Shown here: one piece after another, positions 20,366-34,102 of the stretch
Position numbering within the stretch: the stretch's first letter is position 1
Layout of the letters: each line of letters starts with the position of its first letter
NCBI GenBank assembly: GCA_031419075.1
Contig: JANOKD010000069.1
Coordinates: forward strand, 2,313-66,312
Direction: 5' to 3'
DNA length: 64,000 nucleotides
Source of the DNA: Lysobacterales bacterium
GTDB taxonomy: Bacteria > Pseudomonadota > Gammaproteobacteria > Xanthomonadales > Xanthomonadaceae
Translations under genes and position numbers: made by a program
Notes under the pieces: model-generated
The model's database searches: none
What the model saw: only the letters and a program-made list of their open reading frames with translations
What the model was told of the DNA's origin: nothing

Positions 20366-22819
20366 CTACCACTTGTAGCCGATGCGCCCGTAAACATACG
20401 CACCGTTGAAACCGTTCGGCGAGCTGGTGCTGTAAGGCAGCTGGCCATTGGTGGAGTTGGCGAACAGCACTTCATCGGGATAGTCGTTCAGCACGTTGTC
20501 GGCACCGAGGGTGAAATCCCAGTTACCCAGCGCGTAGCTGCCGGAAAGATCCAGCGTCCACTGCGGGTCGAAGGTCTGGTCACGCGTGGTCACGGCCGGG
20601 TTGTTGCCGAACAGCACGCTGAACTCGCCGTAGCGCGTGGTGTTGACCCCAAAGGTCCAGCTGCCGACGCTGTAGATTCCGCCGAGCTGCAGCTTGTCGC
20701 GCGGCGCACCCACGGTGAGCCGGCCCACTTCGACCCGGCCGATGCGCACGGCGGTTGGATCGATCGCGGTCAGTGCCGCAGGATTGGGTGCAATCCGCTC
20801 GACGGTGGTCTTGTTGTAGTTGTAGCCGGCGGTGAGATCAAGACTGCCTTCGCCGATCTCCCAGCGGTAGGTGCCGATGATGTCGACGCCCTTGGTGCTG
20901 GTGTCGATGGCGTTGGTGAAATAGCGGCCGCCGCCCAGCGACGGATCGACGTTGGCGTTGAGGTAGGCGCGCACCGCGGTGGAGGTGAGGTTTTCCGAGA
21001 GCATGATGCGGTCGTCGATATCGATGCGGTAGGCGTCGATAGCGACATACAGATTCTCGATCGGCTGCAGCACCAGACCGAGGCTGAGATTCTTCGATTC
21101 CTCGGCTTTCAGCGGTTCGGCACCCAGCGCAACCGCGGCCGCGTCGTTGACCCGGAAGGTGCGGATGTCGAACGGCACGCCGCCGATGAAGTTGGTGGCG
21201 GTGGAGCGGAAGAACTGCTGCTGCAGCGAAGGCGCGCGGAAGCCGGTGGACAGCGTGCCGCGCAGTGCGACCTTGTCGCTGAAGTCGTAGCGTGCCGAAA
21301 GCTTGCCGGAGGTGGTGCTGCCGAAATCGCTGTATTCCTCGCTGCGCACCGCAAGGCCGACGTTGAACTGATCGGTGATGTTGGCTTCTAGGTCGAGATA
21401 CGCGGCGTAGCTTTCACGATTGAAGCTGCCGGCGTCGGCCGGCCTGAAGCCCGGGAACACCTGCGAACCGGACGGTGCCGGTGTGCCCACCGTTGCGGGA
21501 AACACGGGCGGAATCAGCACGCCGCCGTTGACGTAGGACGCCAGTTCGCCCGCGCTCTGCTGGAAGTCTTCGCCGCGCCATTCAAGACCCCAGGCGACGT
21601 TCAGCGGCGAGGCCAGCCAGCTCACGTCGAAGCCGCGGTTCACGTCGAGATTCAGCACGTGTTGACTGATTTCCAGCGCACCGGCGTCGAAGTCGGTCGG
21701 CGAGGCGGCGCCGAGGCTGCGGTTGAGGCTGTTTTCCACGCCGAAGCTCAAATCGTTGTTGCCGTAGTTGTAGCTGAGGTCCACGTCCCAATCGAGCACG
21801 GTCAGGCCGCGCAGACCGACCACGAACGCGCGGTCTTCGGCGATGTTGCGAATCTGCGGCAGGAAGCCATTCGGATAGATCGCGGGGACGTTGCGGGTGT
21901 CCAGCGCGGTGCGATAGAACCCGTTCGACAGCGCATCGCGGCGGCTGACGTTGGCGAAGCCGTAGAAACTCAGCGCATCGTTGACGGTGAATTCGGCGTT
22001 GGCCGAGAACGCATATTGTTCAACTTCCGGATCGCCGTAACGCTGCACCACCACGCCCGGCGGCGGTGCGATGGCCGGGCGCACGGTCACGCCGGTGGCC
22101 AGCACGTACGGACGCGCGCGGTCGGTCTGGTCCTGGTTGCGCGCTTCGGCGGCGAGATGCAGCGAACCGCTTTCGCCAAGCTTGATGCCGACATCGCCGG
22201 ACAGCTGCGCCTGCTGGCCGTCGCCGACGCTGTACTGGCCGCCGGTCAGCGATACGCCGCCGCCGCTGTCGCTGCCTTTCAACACAATATTGACCACGCC
22301 AGCGATGGCGTCGGAGCCGTACTGCGCCGATGCGCCGTCGCGCAGCACTTCGACGCGCTGGATGGCGGCAATCGGAATCGCGTTCAGGTCCACCGGCGAC
22401 GCGCCGCGGCCCTGGCTGCCGTTGAGATTGATCAGCGCAGTGGTGTGGCGACGCTTGCCGTTAACCAGCACCAAGACCTGATCGGGCGCGAGGCCGCGCA
22501 GCTGCGCGGGGCGCACCGCGTCGGTGCCGTCGGTGATGGCCGGGCGCGGGAAGTTCAGCGAGGGCAGGGCACGCGACAGCGCGGTGGCCAGCTCGGTGGT
22601 GCCGGTGGCTTCCAGCGCCGCCGGGGTGATCACATCGATCGGCGACGGCGACGAAGCCACTGTGCGGGTCGCGGTACGGGTGCCGGTGACGATGACAGTA
22701 TCAAGCGCGTTCTGCTCTTCCTGAGCTTCCGGTGCGGACTGGGCGAAGGCCGGCGCAGTGGTCAGGGCCAGCAGCAGCCCCAGCGTCAGCGGATGTCGAT
22801 TTACGGTGCAGCGGTTCAT
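20366..22819 (-). CDS. TonB-dependent receptor
   Basis: Signal peptide, DTVIVTGTR TonB box region, plug RVEVLRDGASAQYGSDAIAGVVN, C-terminal YVYGRIGYKW. Confidence 0.92.
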   Translation of the reverse strand: MNRCTVNRHPLTLGLLLALTTAPAFAQSAPEAQEEQNALDTVIVTGTRTATRTVASSPSPIDVITPAALEATGTTELATALSRALPSLNFPRPAITDGTDAVRPAQLRGLAPDQVLVLVNGKRRHTTALINLNGSQGRGASPVDLNAIPIAAIQRVEVLRDGASAQYGSDAIAGVVNIVLKGSDSGGGVSLTGGQYSVGDGQQAQLSGDVGIKLGESGSLHLAAEARNQDQTDRARPYVLATGVTVRPAIAPPPGVVVQRYGDPEVEQYAFSANAEFTVNDALSFYGFANVSRRDALSNGFYRTALDTRNVPAIYPNGFLPQIRNIAEDRAFVVGLRGLTVLDWDVDLSYNYGNNDLSFGVENSLNRSLGAASPTDFDAGALEISQHVLNLDVNRGFDVSWLASPLNVAWGLEWRGEDFQQSAGELASYVNGGVLIPPVFPATVGTPAPSGSQVFPGFRPADAGSFNRESYAAYLDLEANITDQFNVGLAVRSEEYSDFGSTTSGKLSARYDFSDKVALRGTLSTGFRAPSLQQQFFRSTATNFIGGVPFDIRTFRVNDAAAVALGAEPLKAEESKNLSLGLVLQPIENLYVAIDAYRIDIDDRIMLSENLTSTAVRAYLNANVDPSLGGGRYFTNAIDTSTKGVDIIGTYRWEIGEGSLDLTAGYNYNKTTVERIAPNPAALTAIDPTAVRIGRVEVGRLTVGAPRDKLQLGGIYSVGSWTFGVNTTRYGEFSVLFGNNPAVTTRDQTFDPQWTLDLSGSYALGNWDFTLGADNVLNDYPDEVLFANSTNGQLPYSTSSPNGFNGAYVYGRIGYKW

Positions 22820-23003
22820 GCTGAAACTCCTTGAGGGTATGGAACGATCGGTGGTGGTGTAACACGCGTCCGATGGAGGGTCAAACCTTCGATCCGAATA
22901 AAGAGATGTCTGTCAACGTGCCACGGCGCCCCCGGAATCGCGGCCTACGGCGTAAAATCGGCAGCCCGGTTGGTCTCCGCCGTGTCCCAGAGTCTCCCGT
23001 CCG

Positions 23004-24863
<1,860 letters not shown>

Positions 24864-24883
24864 CCGATTAACGACAACCGCTC

Positions 24884-24912
24884 TCATCCCGAACGAAGCT
24901 GAGGGATCTGCT
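24884..24912. repeat. Single TCATCCCGAAC...GAGGGATCTGCT repeat
   Basis: Same family as the array at 28.6-29.2 kb. Confidence 0.7.
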
Positions 24913-24957
24913 TTCTGTTCTGCAAAAGCGAAGGAATCTGGTGAGAGTATCGAAAGC

Positions 24958-25026
24958 GCCCTCACCCTAACCCTCTCCCGCGCGCGGGAGAGGGAAGAGC
25001 GCGCACAGCGCGCGAGGGTGAGGGGC
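24958..25026. repeat. CCCTCTCCC...GGGAGAGGG palindrome with CCCTCACCC/GGGTGAGGG tails
   Basis: Perfect palindrome CCCTCTCCCGCGCGCGGGAGAGGG at 24971-24994. Confidence 0.8.
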
Positions 25027-25029
25027 TTC

Positions 25030-27348
<2,319 letters not shown>

Positions 27349-27528
27349 CGTGTCTGTCTCCATGAAATACGGCCTGCGTCCGGTGGTGCCCGGCGCGCAG
27401 CGCACTATCACCGGATGTGCGTTCGCACATTGGCCCGGCCGGAGGTCTGGAATCGTATTCACCGCATCAGTTTGAATCTTCGCCGCCCGGCCCCAGAATG
27501 ACGGTCAATCGAATATTGACGGAATGCC

Positions 27529-27891
27529 ATGCCCATCTACGGTTTTGAATGCGACGCCTGCGGTCACCAGTTCGACCGCCTGCAGAAAATGTCCGACCCC
27601 GATCCCACCGAATGCCCCGAATGCGGTGCGCCGACGGTCAAGCGTCAGCTGACCGCGCCATCGTTCCGCCTGTCGGGCAGCGGTTGGTACGAGACCGATT
27701 TCAAGAAGGACGGCGACAAGAAGCGCAATCTCACTGAAAAGGGCGACGCACCGAAGTCGGAGACGACCGCCGACGCCGCGCCTGCAGCCAAGGCCGCCGA
27801 CCCGGCGCCGGCCGCCAAGCCAGCGGAGAGCAAGTCGGCGGACAGCAAGCCCGCTGCCAGCAAGCCGGCCGACAGCAAGCCAGCCGGCTAA
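27529..27891 (+). CDS. FmdB family zinc-ribbon protein
   Basis: MPIYGFECDACGH...CPECG...GSGWYETDF; A/P/K/S-rich repeat tail. Confidence 0.88.
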   Translation: MPIYGFECDACGHQFDRLQKMSDPDPTECPECGAPTVKRQLTAPSFRLSGSGWYETDFKKDGDKKRNLTEKGDAPKSETTADAAPAAKAADPAPAAKPAESKSADSKPAASKPADSKPAG

Positions 27892-27902
27892 GGTGTAAAA
27901 AC

Positions 27903-28532
27903 ATGAACATCTTCGCCCGCAGCATTCCACTCGCTGCGCTGTGCCTGCTGTCGGCCTGCGCCAGCACTCCCGCAATCTCTGGCCTGCCCGCTGCCGATGC
28001 GCCGGCGGATGCTTTTCTCGCCGCGCTGCGCAGCCACTGCGGGCAGGCCTTTGCCGGCCGGGTGTTGATCGACACACCGGCGTCTGCAAACGACGCATTC
28101 GCAGGCAAACCGCTGGTGATGCATGTGCGTGAATGCGGGGCGGACACCACGCGCGTTCCGTTCCACGTCGGCGACGATCATTCGCGTACGTGGGTGCTGA
28201 CCCGCACTGCGAACGGCATCCAGCTGAAGCATGATCATCGCCACGAAGACGGCACGTCCGACAAGGTGACGATGTACGGCGGCGATACCGCAGCGGCCGG
28301 CACCGCACAGCGTCAGTCGTTTCCGGTGGATGGCGAATCCATCGCCAATTTCAACGCCAACGGTCTCACCGCGTCGGTCAACAACACCTGGGCGATGGAG
28401 ATCGAACCCGGCCGCCGCTTTCTGTACGAACTCTCGCGCCCGAATGGCCGGTTGTTTCAGGTCGAATTCGATCTGAGCCGGCCGGTTCCGCTGCCGCCAG
28501 CGCCCTGGGGCGACAAATCCGTCGAGCCCTGA
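27903..28532 (+). CDS. Conserved hypothetical lipoprotein
   Basis: Lipobox LSAC; LKHDHRHEDG motif. Confidence 0.75.
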   Translation: MNIFARSIPLAALCLLSACASTPAISGLPAADAPADAFLAALRSHCGQAFAGRVLIDTPASANDAFAGKPLVMHVRECGADTTRVPFHVGDDHSRTWVLTRTANGIQLKHDHRHEDGTSDKVTMYGGDTAAAGTAQRQSFPVDGESIANFNANGLTASVNNTWAMEIEPGRRFLYELSRPNGRLFQVEFDLSRPVPLPPAPWGDKSVEP

Positions 28533-28565
28533 CGCCGCGGAACACCTTCATGAGTCGATGAATGA

Positions 28566-29227
28566 TGTCATCCGTAACGAGGGCAGGTAGGAACGTGCTA
28601 TCCCGAACGAGGGCGAAGCAAGAGCATGTCATCCCGAACGAGGGCGAAGCCTGAGGAGGGATCTGCTTGTAGCCGGTATTCTCACAACAGCAGATCCCTC
28701 CGCCTGCTGCGCGGGCCTTCGGGATGACCGATGGATTGTTGGTTTGCGCTTGATGTCATCCCTGACGAAGCCGAAGCAATAACGTGTCATCCCGAACGAG
28801 GGCGAAGCCTGAGGAGGGATCTGCTTGTAGCCGGTGGTATCACAACAGCAGATCCCTCCACCCGCTGCGCGGGTGTTCGGGATGACAGGATGCGTTGTCC
28901 GTTTGCACTTGATGTCATCTCGAACGAGGGCGAAGCAAGTGTCATCCCGAGTGAGGGCGAAGCAATAACATGTCATCCCGAACGAAGGCGAAGCCTGAGG
29001 AGGGATCTGCTTGTCGCCGGTACGCACAACAGCAGATCCCTCCACCCGCTGCGCGGGTGTTCGGGATGACAGATGGATTGTTGGTTTGCGCTTGATGTCA
29101 TCCCTGACGAGGGCGAAGCAATAACATGTCATCCCGAACGAGGGCGAAGCCTGAGGAGGGATCTGCTTGTCGCCGGTACGCACAACAGCAGATCCCTCCA
29201 CCCGCTGCGCGGGTGTTCGGGATGACA
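28566..29227. repeat. BIME-like array of four ~100-bp inverted REP doublets plus truncated half-units
   Basis: Units at 28627-28728, 28785-28887, 28971-29071, 29127-29227: TGTCATCCCGAAC..GGAGGGATCTGCT..AGCAGATCCCTCC..GTTCGGGATGACA. Confidence 0.92.
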
Positions 29228-29300
29228 GATTCAACAGGTTCTTATCTGTCATCCCGGGACTCCGTGAACGGCTTCCGGGCTATGGCGCACAGGGCTCGCG

Positions 29301-30605
29301 TTAGAGTGACGCCGCGCCCGCATGCGGCTTGAAGTCGAGACGTGCGATGGTGCCGCGTCCAGATTCGGCGATGAACTCGAGCGTCCAGCCCAAATGCACG
29401 CACAGGCGCGAGATGAGCTGCAGCCCGATTCCCGAGCCCTCGCGGACGCCGTCGCGGGCCATCCGCGCATAGATGGCGCTGATCTCTTCCGGGCTCATGC
29501 CGTGGCCCGGATCGGCGATCTCGACCAGCGCGTCAGGTTTCAGTCTGATCGTGATCTCGCCGCTGTCGCTGTTTTCGATTGCATTGCGCAACAGATTGCC
29601 GATCGCTGCCTGTAGCACCGGCATCGGCGCAATCACCTCGCAGCGCGGCATCGGTTCGAGCGTCAGCAGTAAGCCTTTCCGCTCTGCCATGACCCGATGA
29701 TCTTCGACAATGTCGGGCAACAGCTCGTCGAGCACGATCTTGTCGCTGGCGTCTTTCAGCCGCAGCGGATCTTTCGCCAACACCAGCAGCAGCGCGATGA
29801 GATGTTCGATGTGCTGCGCGCTGCGACGGATACGACTCAGCTGCTGTCGTGCCGACGGCGTCATCTCCGACTGTGCGGACGCAAGTTCGGCGGCACCGGC
29901 GATCACCGCGATCGGCGTGCGCAGCTCATGGCTGGCGCTGTCGATAAACGCGCGTTCCCGTTCGACGAACTGTGCATTGCGCTGCAGATAATCGTTGAGC
30001 GCGTCCGCGATCACGGCGATCTCCAGGCTTGCGGTAGCGTCGACCTCGATACGTTCCCGGGTGTGATCCGGCCGCAGCCGAGCGATACGCAGGGCGATAT
30101 CGCGCAGGGGGCTCACCAAGACGTCAACCCCCCAGCCGATCGCGAACCCCAGCACGACCACCAGGACCAGCATCGCCCCAAGCATGATCAACGTGATGTT
30201 GGCTTCGCGGCGTTCCAGATCGGTGATGTCCAGCCGCAGCACCGAACGGGCGCCGCCGATATCGCGCACCAGCACCACGGCGTCGCGTCCGTTGACGATG
30301 ATGTCGTCGTGCAGCCCGGGCCGCAGCTTCGACAGTGCCTGCGGCATCGGACGCGTTTCATTCGGCGAATAAAACGCAAGCGTGTCTGTATCGACCCAGC
30401 GGTAGGTGTTGTCGGTGCGCCCACGTGCAAGCAGGTGATCGAATTCTTCTTCCAGCAGCGCATGCCACAGCGTGCGCTCGGCGGTCTCGTGCACCAGATA
30501 ACCGAAGACGACCACACCCAGCGAAGCGAGTGCCGCATACGCAAGCACGCCGAGCAGGATGCGGCGGCTCAGTCCAGGTCTTGAGCGGGTGGTGAACGGC
30601 GTCAT
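29301..30605 (-). CDS. Sensor histidine kinase (ColS-like)
   Basis: Two TM segments, HAMP, ASHELRTP H-box, NLLRNA N-box, GSGIGL. Confidence 0.88.
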   Translation of the reverse strand: MTPFTTRSRPGLSRRILLGVLAYAALASLGVVVFGYLVHETAERTLWHALLEEEFDHLLARGRTDNTYRWVDTDTLAFYSPNETRPMPQALSKLRPGLHDDIIVNGRDAVVLVRDIGGARSVLRLDITDLERREANITLIMLGAMLVLVVVLGFAIGWGVDVLVSPLRDIALRIARLRPDHTRERIEVDATASLEIAVIADALNDYLQRNAQFVERERAFIDSASHELRTPIAVIAGAAELASAQSEMTPSARQQLSRIRRSAQHIEHLIALLLVLAKDPLRLKDASDKIVLDELLPDIVEDHRVMAERKGLLLTLEPMPRCEVIAPMPVLQAAIGNLLRNAIENSDSGEITIRLKPDALVEIADPGHGMSPEEISAIYARMARDGVREGSGIGLQLISRLCVHLGWTLEFIAESGRGTIARLDFKPHAGAASL

Positions 30606-31294
30606 GTGGTTTCGCGGGATTCGATCACTTCGCCAAGACGATAACCGACTCGGGGCAGGGTGTGGATCAGTTTGACCGCGAACGGGCCATCGACGCTGCG
30701 CCGCAGTTCGTAGATATGCGAGCGGAGCATGTCGCCGTCGGGTGGTTCATCGCCCCACAGCGCGCATTCAAGCCGCTCGCGCGTCACCGCCGCCGGACTT
30801 GCGCGCATCAAGACTTCCAGCAGCGTGCGGCAGGCGGGATACAGATGCAGTGAGCGCCCCGCGCGGCTCACATCCAATGTGGTCTGGTCGTAGCGCAGAT
30901 CTGCGACTTCCAGCACCCGACTGCGGCTGCGCATCGTCGAACGTGCGACCAGCGCTTCAAGGCGAACCTCCAGCTCGGGCAGTGCGAACGGCTTGGTCAG
31001 ATAATCGTCGGCACCGGCACGGAAGCCGGCAATCTTGTCCGGCAGTTCGTCGCGCGCGGTCAACATCAGCACCGGCACGTCGCAGCCTGCGTCGCGCAGC
31101 CGCCGCAGCACCTCGGGCCCATCCAGACGCGGCAGCATCCAGTCCAGCACGACCACGTCATAGGGCTGATGACTGGCGAGATGAAGCCCGGTGGGGCCAT
31201 CCGGCGCGGCATCGAGCGTATGCCCGCGCGACTCGAAATAGTCGAACAGATTGGCGACCATGCTGCGATTGTCCTCCACTACCAGCACGTGCAT
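30602..31294 (-). CDS. OmpR-family response regulator (ColR-like)
   Basis: VLVVEDN, VLDWMLP, LTARD, GADDYLTKPF, winged helix IHTLPRVGYRL. Confidence 0.9.
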   Translation of the reverse strand: MHVLVVEDNRSMVANLFDYFESRGHTLDAAPDGPTGLHLASHQPYDVVVLDWMLPRLDGPEVLRRLRDAGCDVPVLMLTARDELPDKIAGFRAGADDYLTKPFALPELEVRLEALVARSTMRSRSRVLEVADLRYDQTTLDVSRAGRSLHLYPACRTLLEVLMRASPAAVTRERLECALWGDEPPDGDMLRSHIYELRRSVDGPFAVKLIHTLPRVGYRLGEVIESRETT

Positions 31295-31566
31295 GCAGCC
31301 GTCTCCATCAAACCATTGCACAGCATCCGCTGACGATTGTCGGAATCCTGTCGGAACCGACTTGACCGATTCTCCCACAGCACGGTGACGCGTGATGTTG
31401 CGGCGGTGGCTGCATCACACGCTGGGGTTTGAACATGTATGCGTACGGAAGATTTTCGGATGGATATTGTCGGCGCGCTTAACGAATTTCAAATTCTGCT
31501 CCCACATCTCTCCGACATGGATGATCGGACCATCTCCGGGTACTCAACCGGAATCGAACACCCGAG

Positions 31567-32364
31567 ATGCAAAACGCTTCAGGCCGAACAACGATACACA
31601 GTGCGCTGCAGCGGCCTCAACACGCATCGGTTGAGCTGAGCGACGCACCTGCCGTCTATGGCGTCAGTGCGCCCGCACCGACGGCGTCATGGCGCCTGTT
31701 GCTTCCGAGCCTGTTGGCGATCATGGCGGCGGTGGTGATCGCCGCGCTCAGGCTGGATCTCCGGTTTGCCGATCTGCTGTACGCGGTGCAGGGCGGTCAG
31801 TGGGCGCTCAAGAAAGCTTTTGTCACTGAACACCTGCTGCATGTTGCAGGGCGCGACGCGGTGGCGGCTGCATGGGTGCTTGTTCTGGTCGCCTTGGCCG
31901 CTACCTGGCGGAAACCGCAATGGCGCAGTTGGCGTCGGCCGCTGGCAGCACTGGCGATCAGCGTGCTGCTGTCGACGGTGCTGGTTGCGTCGCTCAAGGC
32001 ATTCTCTAGCGTTGATTGCCCCTGGGATCTGGTTCGTTACGGCGGTGATCGCGTGTATGTCGATATTTTTTCGGCATTGCTTGCCGGCACGCCCCATCGC
32101 GGCTGTTTCCCCGCCGGCCATGCCAGTGCCGGCTATGCCTGGCTTGCGCTGTTTTTCTTCTTTCAGGCGGTGCGGCCGGCATGGCGCTGGCGCGGGCTGA
32201 CGGCTGGAATCATGCTGGGCATGGTGTTCGGACTGTCGCAGCAGCTGCGCGGTGCGCACTTTCTTTCGCATGATCTGTGGACCGCAGCCCTGTGCTGGCT
32301 GGCCGCAGTGGCCGTGCATGCTGCGATGGGTCAATCGTCGCAATCGGCCAGGGCATCGCAATGA
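31567..32364 (+). CDS. PAP2-family membrane phosphatase
   Basis: CPWDL, CFPAGHAS, RGAHFLSHD motifs; start uncertain. Confidence 0.85.
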   Translation: MQNASGRTTIHSALQRPQHASVELSDAPAVYGVSAPAPTASWRLLLPSLLAIMAAVVIAALRLDLRFADLLYAVQGGQWALKKAFVTEHLLHVAGRDAVAAAWVLVLVALAATWRKPQWRSWRRPLAALAISVLLSTVLVASLKAFSSVDCPWDLVRYGGDRVYVDIFSALLAGTPHRGCFPAGHASAGYAWLALFFFFQAVRPAWRWRGLTAGIMLGMVFGLSQQLRGAHFLSHDLWTAALCWLAAVAVHAAMGQSSQSARASQ

Positions 32365-34058
32365 GCGCTACCCTGACGCCGATCAACATCGGATCTGCGG
32401 ATCAACGCCCGATCGGCATGTTCGCGCGGGTCGCCGCTTATCGCCCGACGTGCTCAGTGGAGACGCTAGCGCTATTGGCAAGCCTGTTTTTTTCGGTCTT
32501 CGGCAACACCGTCTTCTGGCGCGAAGTCATCGCCACCGGCGATCTGCATGGCGCTAATGGGCTACTGAGCGGTGTGAGCCTGTTCGTGCTGGTGACGGCG
32601 CTGCAGACCATTTTGTTTTGTCTGTTGCTGTATCGACCCGTCGCCAAGCCGGTGCTGATCCTGCTGCTGTTGATCTCCGCGTCCGCCATTCACTTCATGT
32701 CGCGCTACACCATCTATTTGAACGAAGAGATGATCCGCAATGTGCTGCAGACCGATGCCAACGAATCCTCGGAACTGCTGACTGTTTCCCTGCTGTACGC
32801 GCTGATCCTCTATGGCGTATTGCCAGCGCTGCTGGTGTGGCGTATTGATCTCAAGAAAAGAACCTGGCTGCGAGCGATTGCCGTGCGCCTGGGCTGTCTA
32901 TTCGCTGCTGTGTGCGTCGCCATCGGCAGCGCACTGCTGTCCTTCCAGGATCTGTCGGCGCTGATGCGGACCCATCACGATTTGCGTCATCTGATTACCC
33001 CCGGTAATTACATCGTGGCGCTGACGCAGACCGCTGCCGACAGCCGCAAGCGTATGCAGGCGCCCACACCTGTCGGTATCGATGCCAAGGTGGCCGCGCG
33101 TCCGTCCGGGGGTAAGCCGCGGGTGCTGGTGCTGATCGTCGGCGAAACGCTGCGCGCGCAGAATTGGGGCCTGAATGGCTATGCACGCCAGACCACGCCG
33201 CAGCTGGCGCGTATCGCGCCGATCAATTTCACCGATGTCACCGCCTGTGGAACCAGCACCGAAGTCTCGCTGCCGTGCATGTTCTCGGTCTACGGCCGCG
33301 CCAATTACGACAAGGACCGGATTGCCGGCTCCGAATCGCTGATGCATGTGCTGGACCACGCCGGTATCCGCACCGAGTGGCGCGACAACCAGTCGGGCTG
33401 CAAGGGCGTATGCGCGGGACTGCCGTTCGTGTCGTTCCAGCGCACGAAAGGCGACCGTGCCTGTCCCGGCGAAAGCTGCCTCGACGGTGTGATGCTGGAC
33501 GATCTGGCCGCCAGAATCACCGCAGAGCGGGGTGACTTGGTGATCGTGCTGCATCAGCTGGGCAATCATGGCCCCAGTTACTACAAGCGCTATCCGCCGC
33601 GGCTGCGCCAATTCACCCCGACCTGCGACAGCGACGATCTTGGCGACTGCAGCCGCGAACAGATCACCAACAGTTTCGACAATGCCGTGCTGTACACCGA
33701 TGAGTTCGTGGCGCGCACCATCGCGCTGTTATCGAAGCAGTCTTCCCACGACGCTGCGCTGATCTATATTTCCGATCACGGCGAATCGCTCGGCGAGGGC
33801 GGGCTCTACCTTCACGGCATGCCCTATGCGATTGCGCCGGAAACCCAGACCAAGGTGCCGATGGTGATGTGGTTCGCACCCGGGCTGACGGCCGCGCGCG
33901 GCATCGATAGCGAATGTCTGCGTGAGGTCGCCAAACGTCCCGCGAGCCACGACCACTTATTTCACTCGGTGCTTGGACTGATGCAGGTGCGCACACAAGT
34001 GTATAAGCCGAAGTTGGACTTGTTTGCAGCGTGTGTCAGTGCTGGATCCGCGCGCTGA
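32361..34058 (+). CDS. eptA: Lipid A phosphoethanolamine transferase
   Basis: Five TM N-terminus, VGETLRA, CGTSTEVSLPCMFS, LHQLGNHGP, SDHGESLGE, YLHG. Confidence 0.9.
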   Translation: MSATLTPINIGSADQRPIGMFARVAAYRPTCSVETLALLASLFFSVFGNTVFWREVIATGDLHGANGLLSGVSLFVLVTALQTILFCLLLYRPVAKPVLILLLLISASAIHFMSRYTIYLNEEMIRNVLQTDANESSELLTVSLLYALILYGVLPALLVWRIDLKKRTWLRAIAVRLGCLFAAVCVAIGSALLSFQDLSALMRTHHDLRHLITPGNYIVALTQTAADSRKRMQAPTPVGIDAKVAARPSGGKPRVLVLIVGETLRAQNWGLNGYARQTTPQLARIAPINFTDVTACGTSTEVSLPCMFSVYGRANYDKDRIAGSESLMHVLDHAGIRTEWRDNQSGCKGVCAGLPFVSFQRTKGDRACPGESCLDGVMLDDLAARITAERGDLVIVLHQLGNHGPSYYKRYPPRLRQFTPTCDSDDLGDCSREQITNSFDNAVLYTDEFVARTIALLSKQSSHDAALIYISDHGESLGEGGLYLHGMPYAIAPETQTKVPMVMWFAPGLTAARGIDSECLREVAKRPASHDHLFHSVLGLMQVRTQVYKPKLDLFAACVSAGSAR

Positions 34059-34102
34059 AATGCGGGCTTCAGTGCGCAGCGTGTGTGGATATCAAGGTTT
34101 CA

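Noticed and set aside
27780-27891. 15-bp repeats in the FmdB gene tail
   Set aside because: In-frame, low-complexity A/P/K/S tail typical of this family.
28566-29227. Possible CRISPR array
   Set aside because: Units are long inverted doublets with near-identical internal spacers rather than unique spacers, and no cas genes are present. The ORFs called across it (28629-29252, 28731-29069) are repeat-derived shadows.
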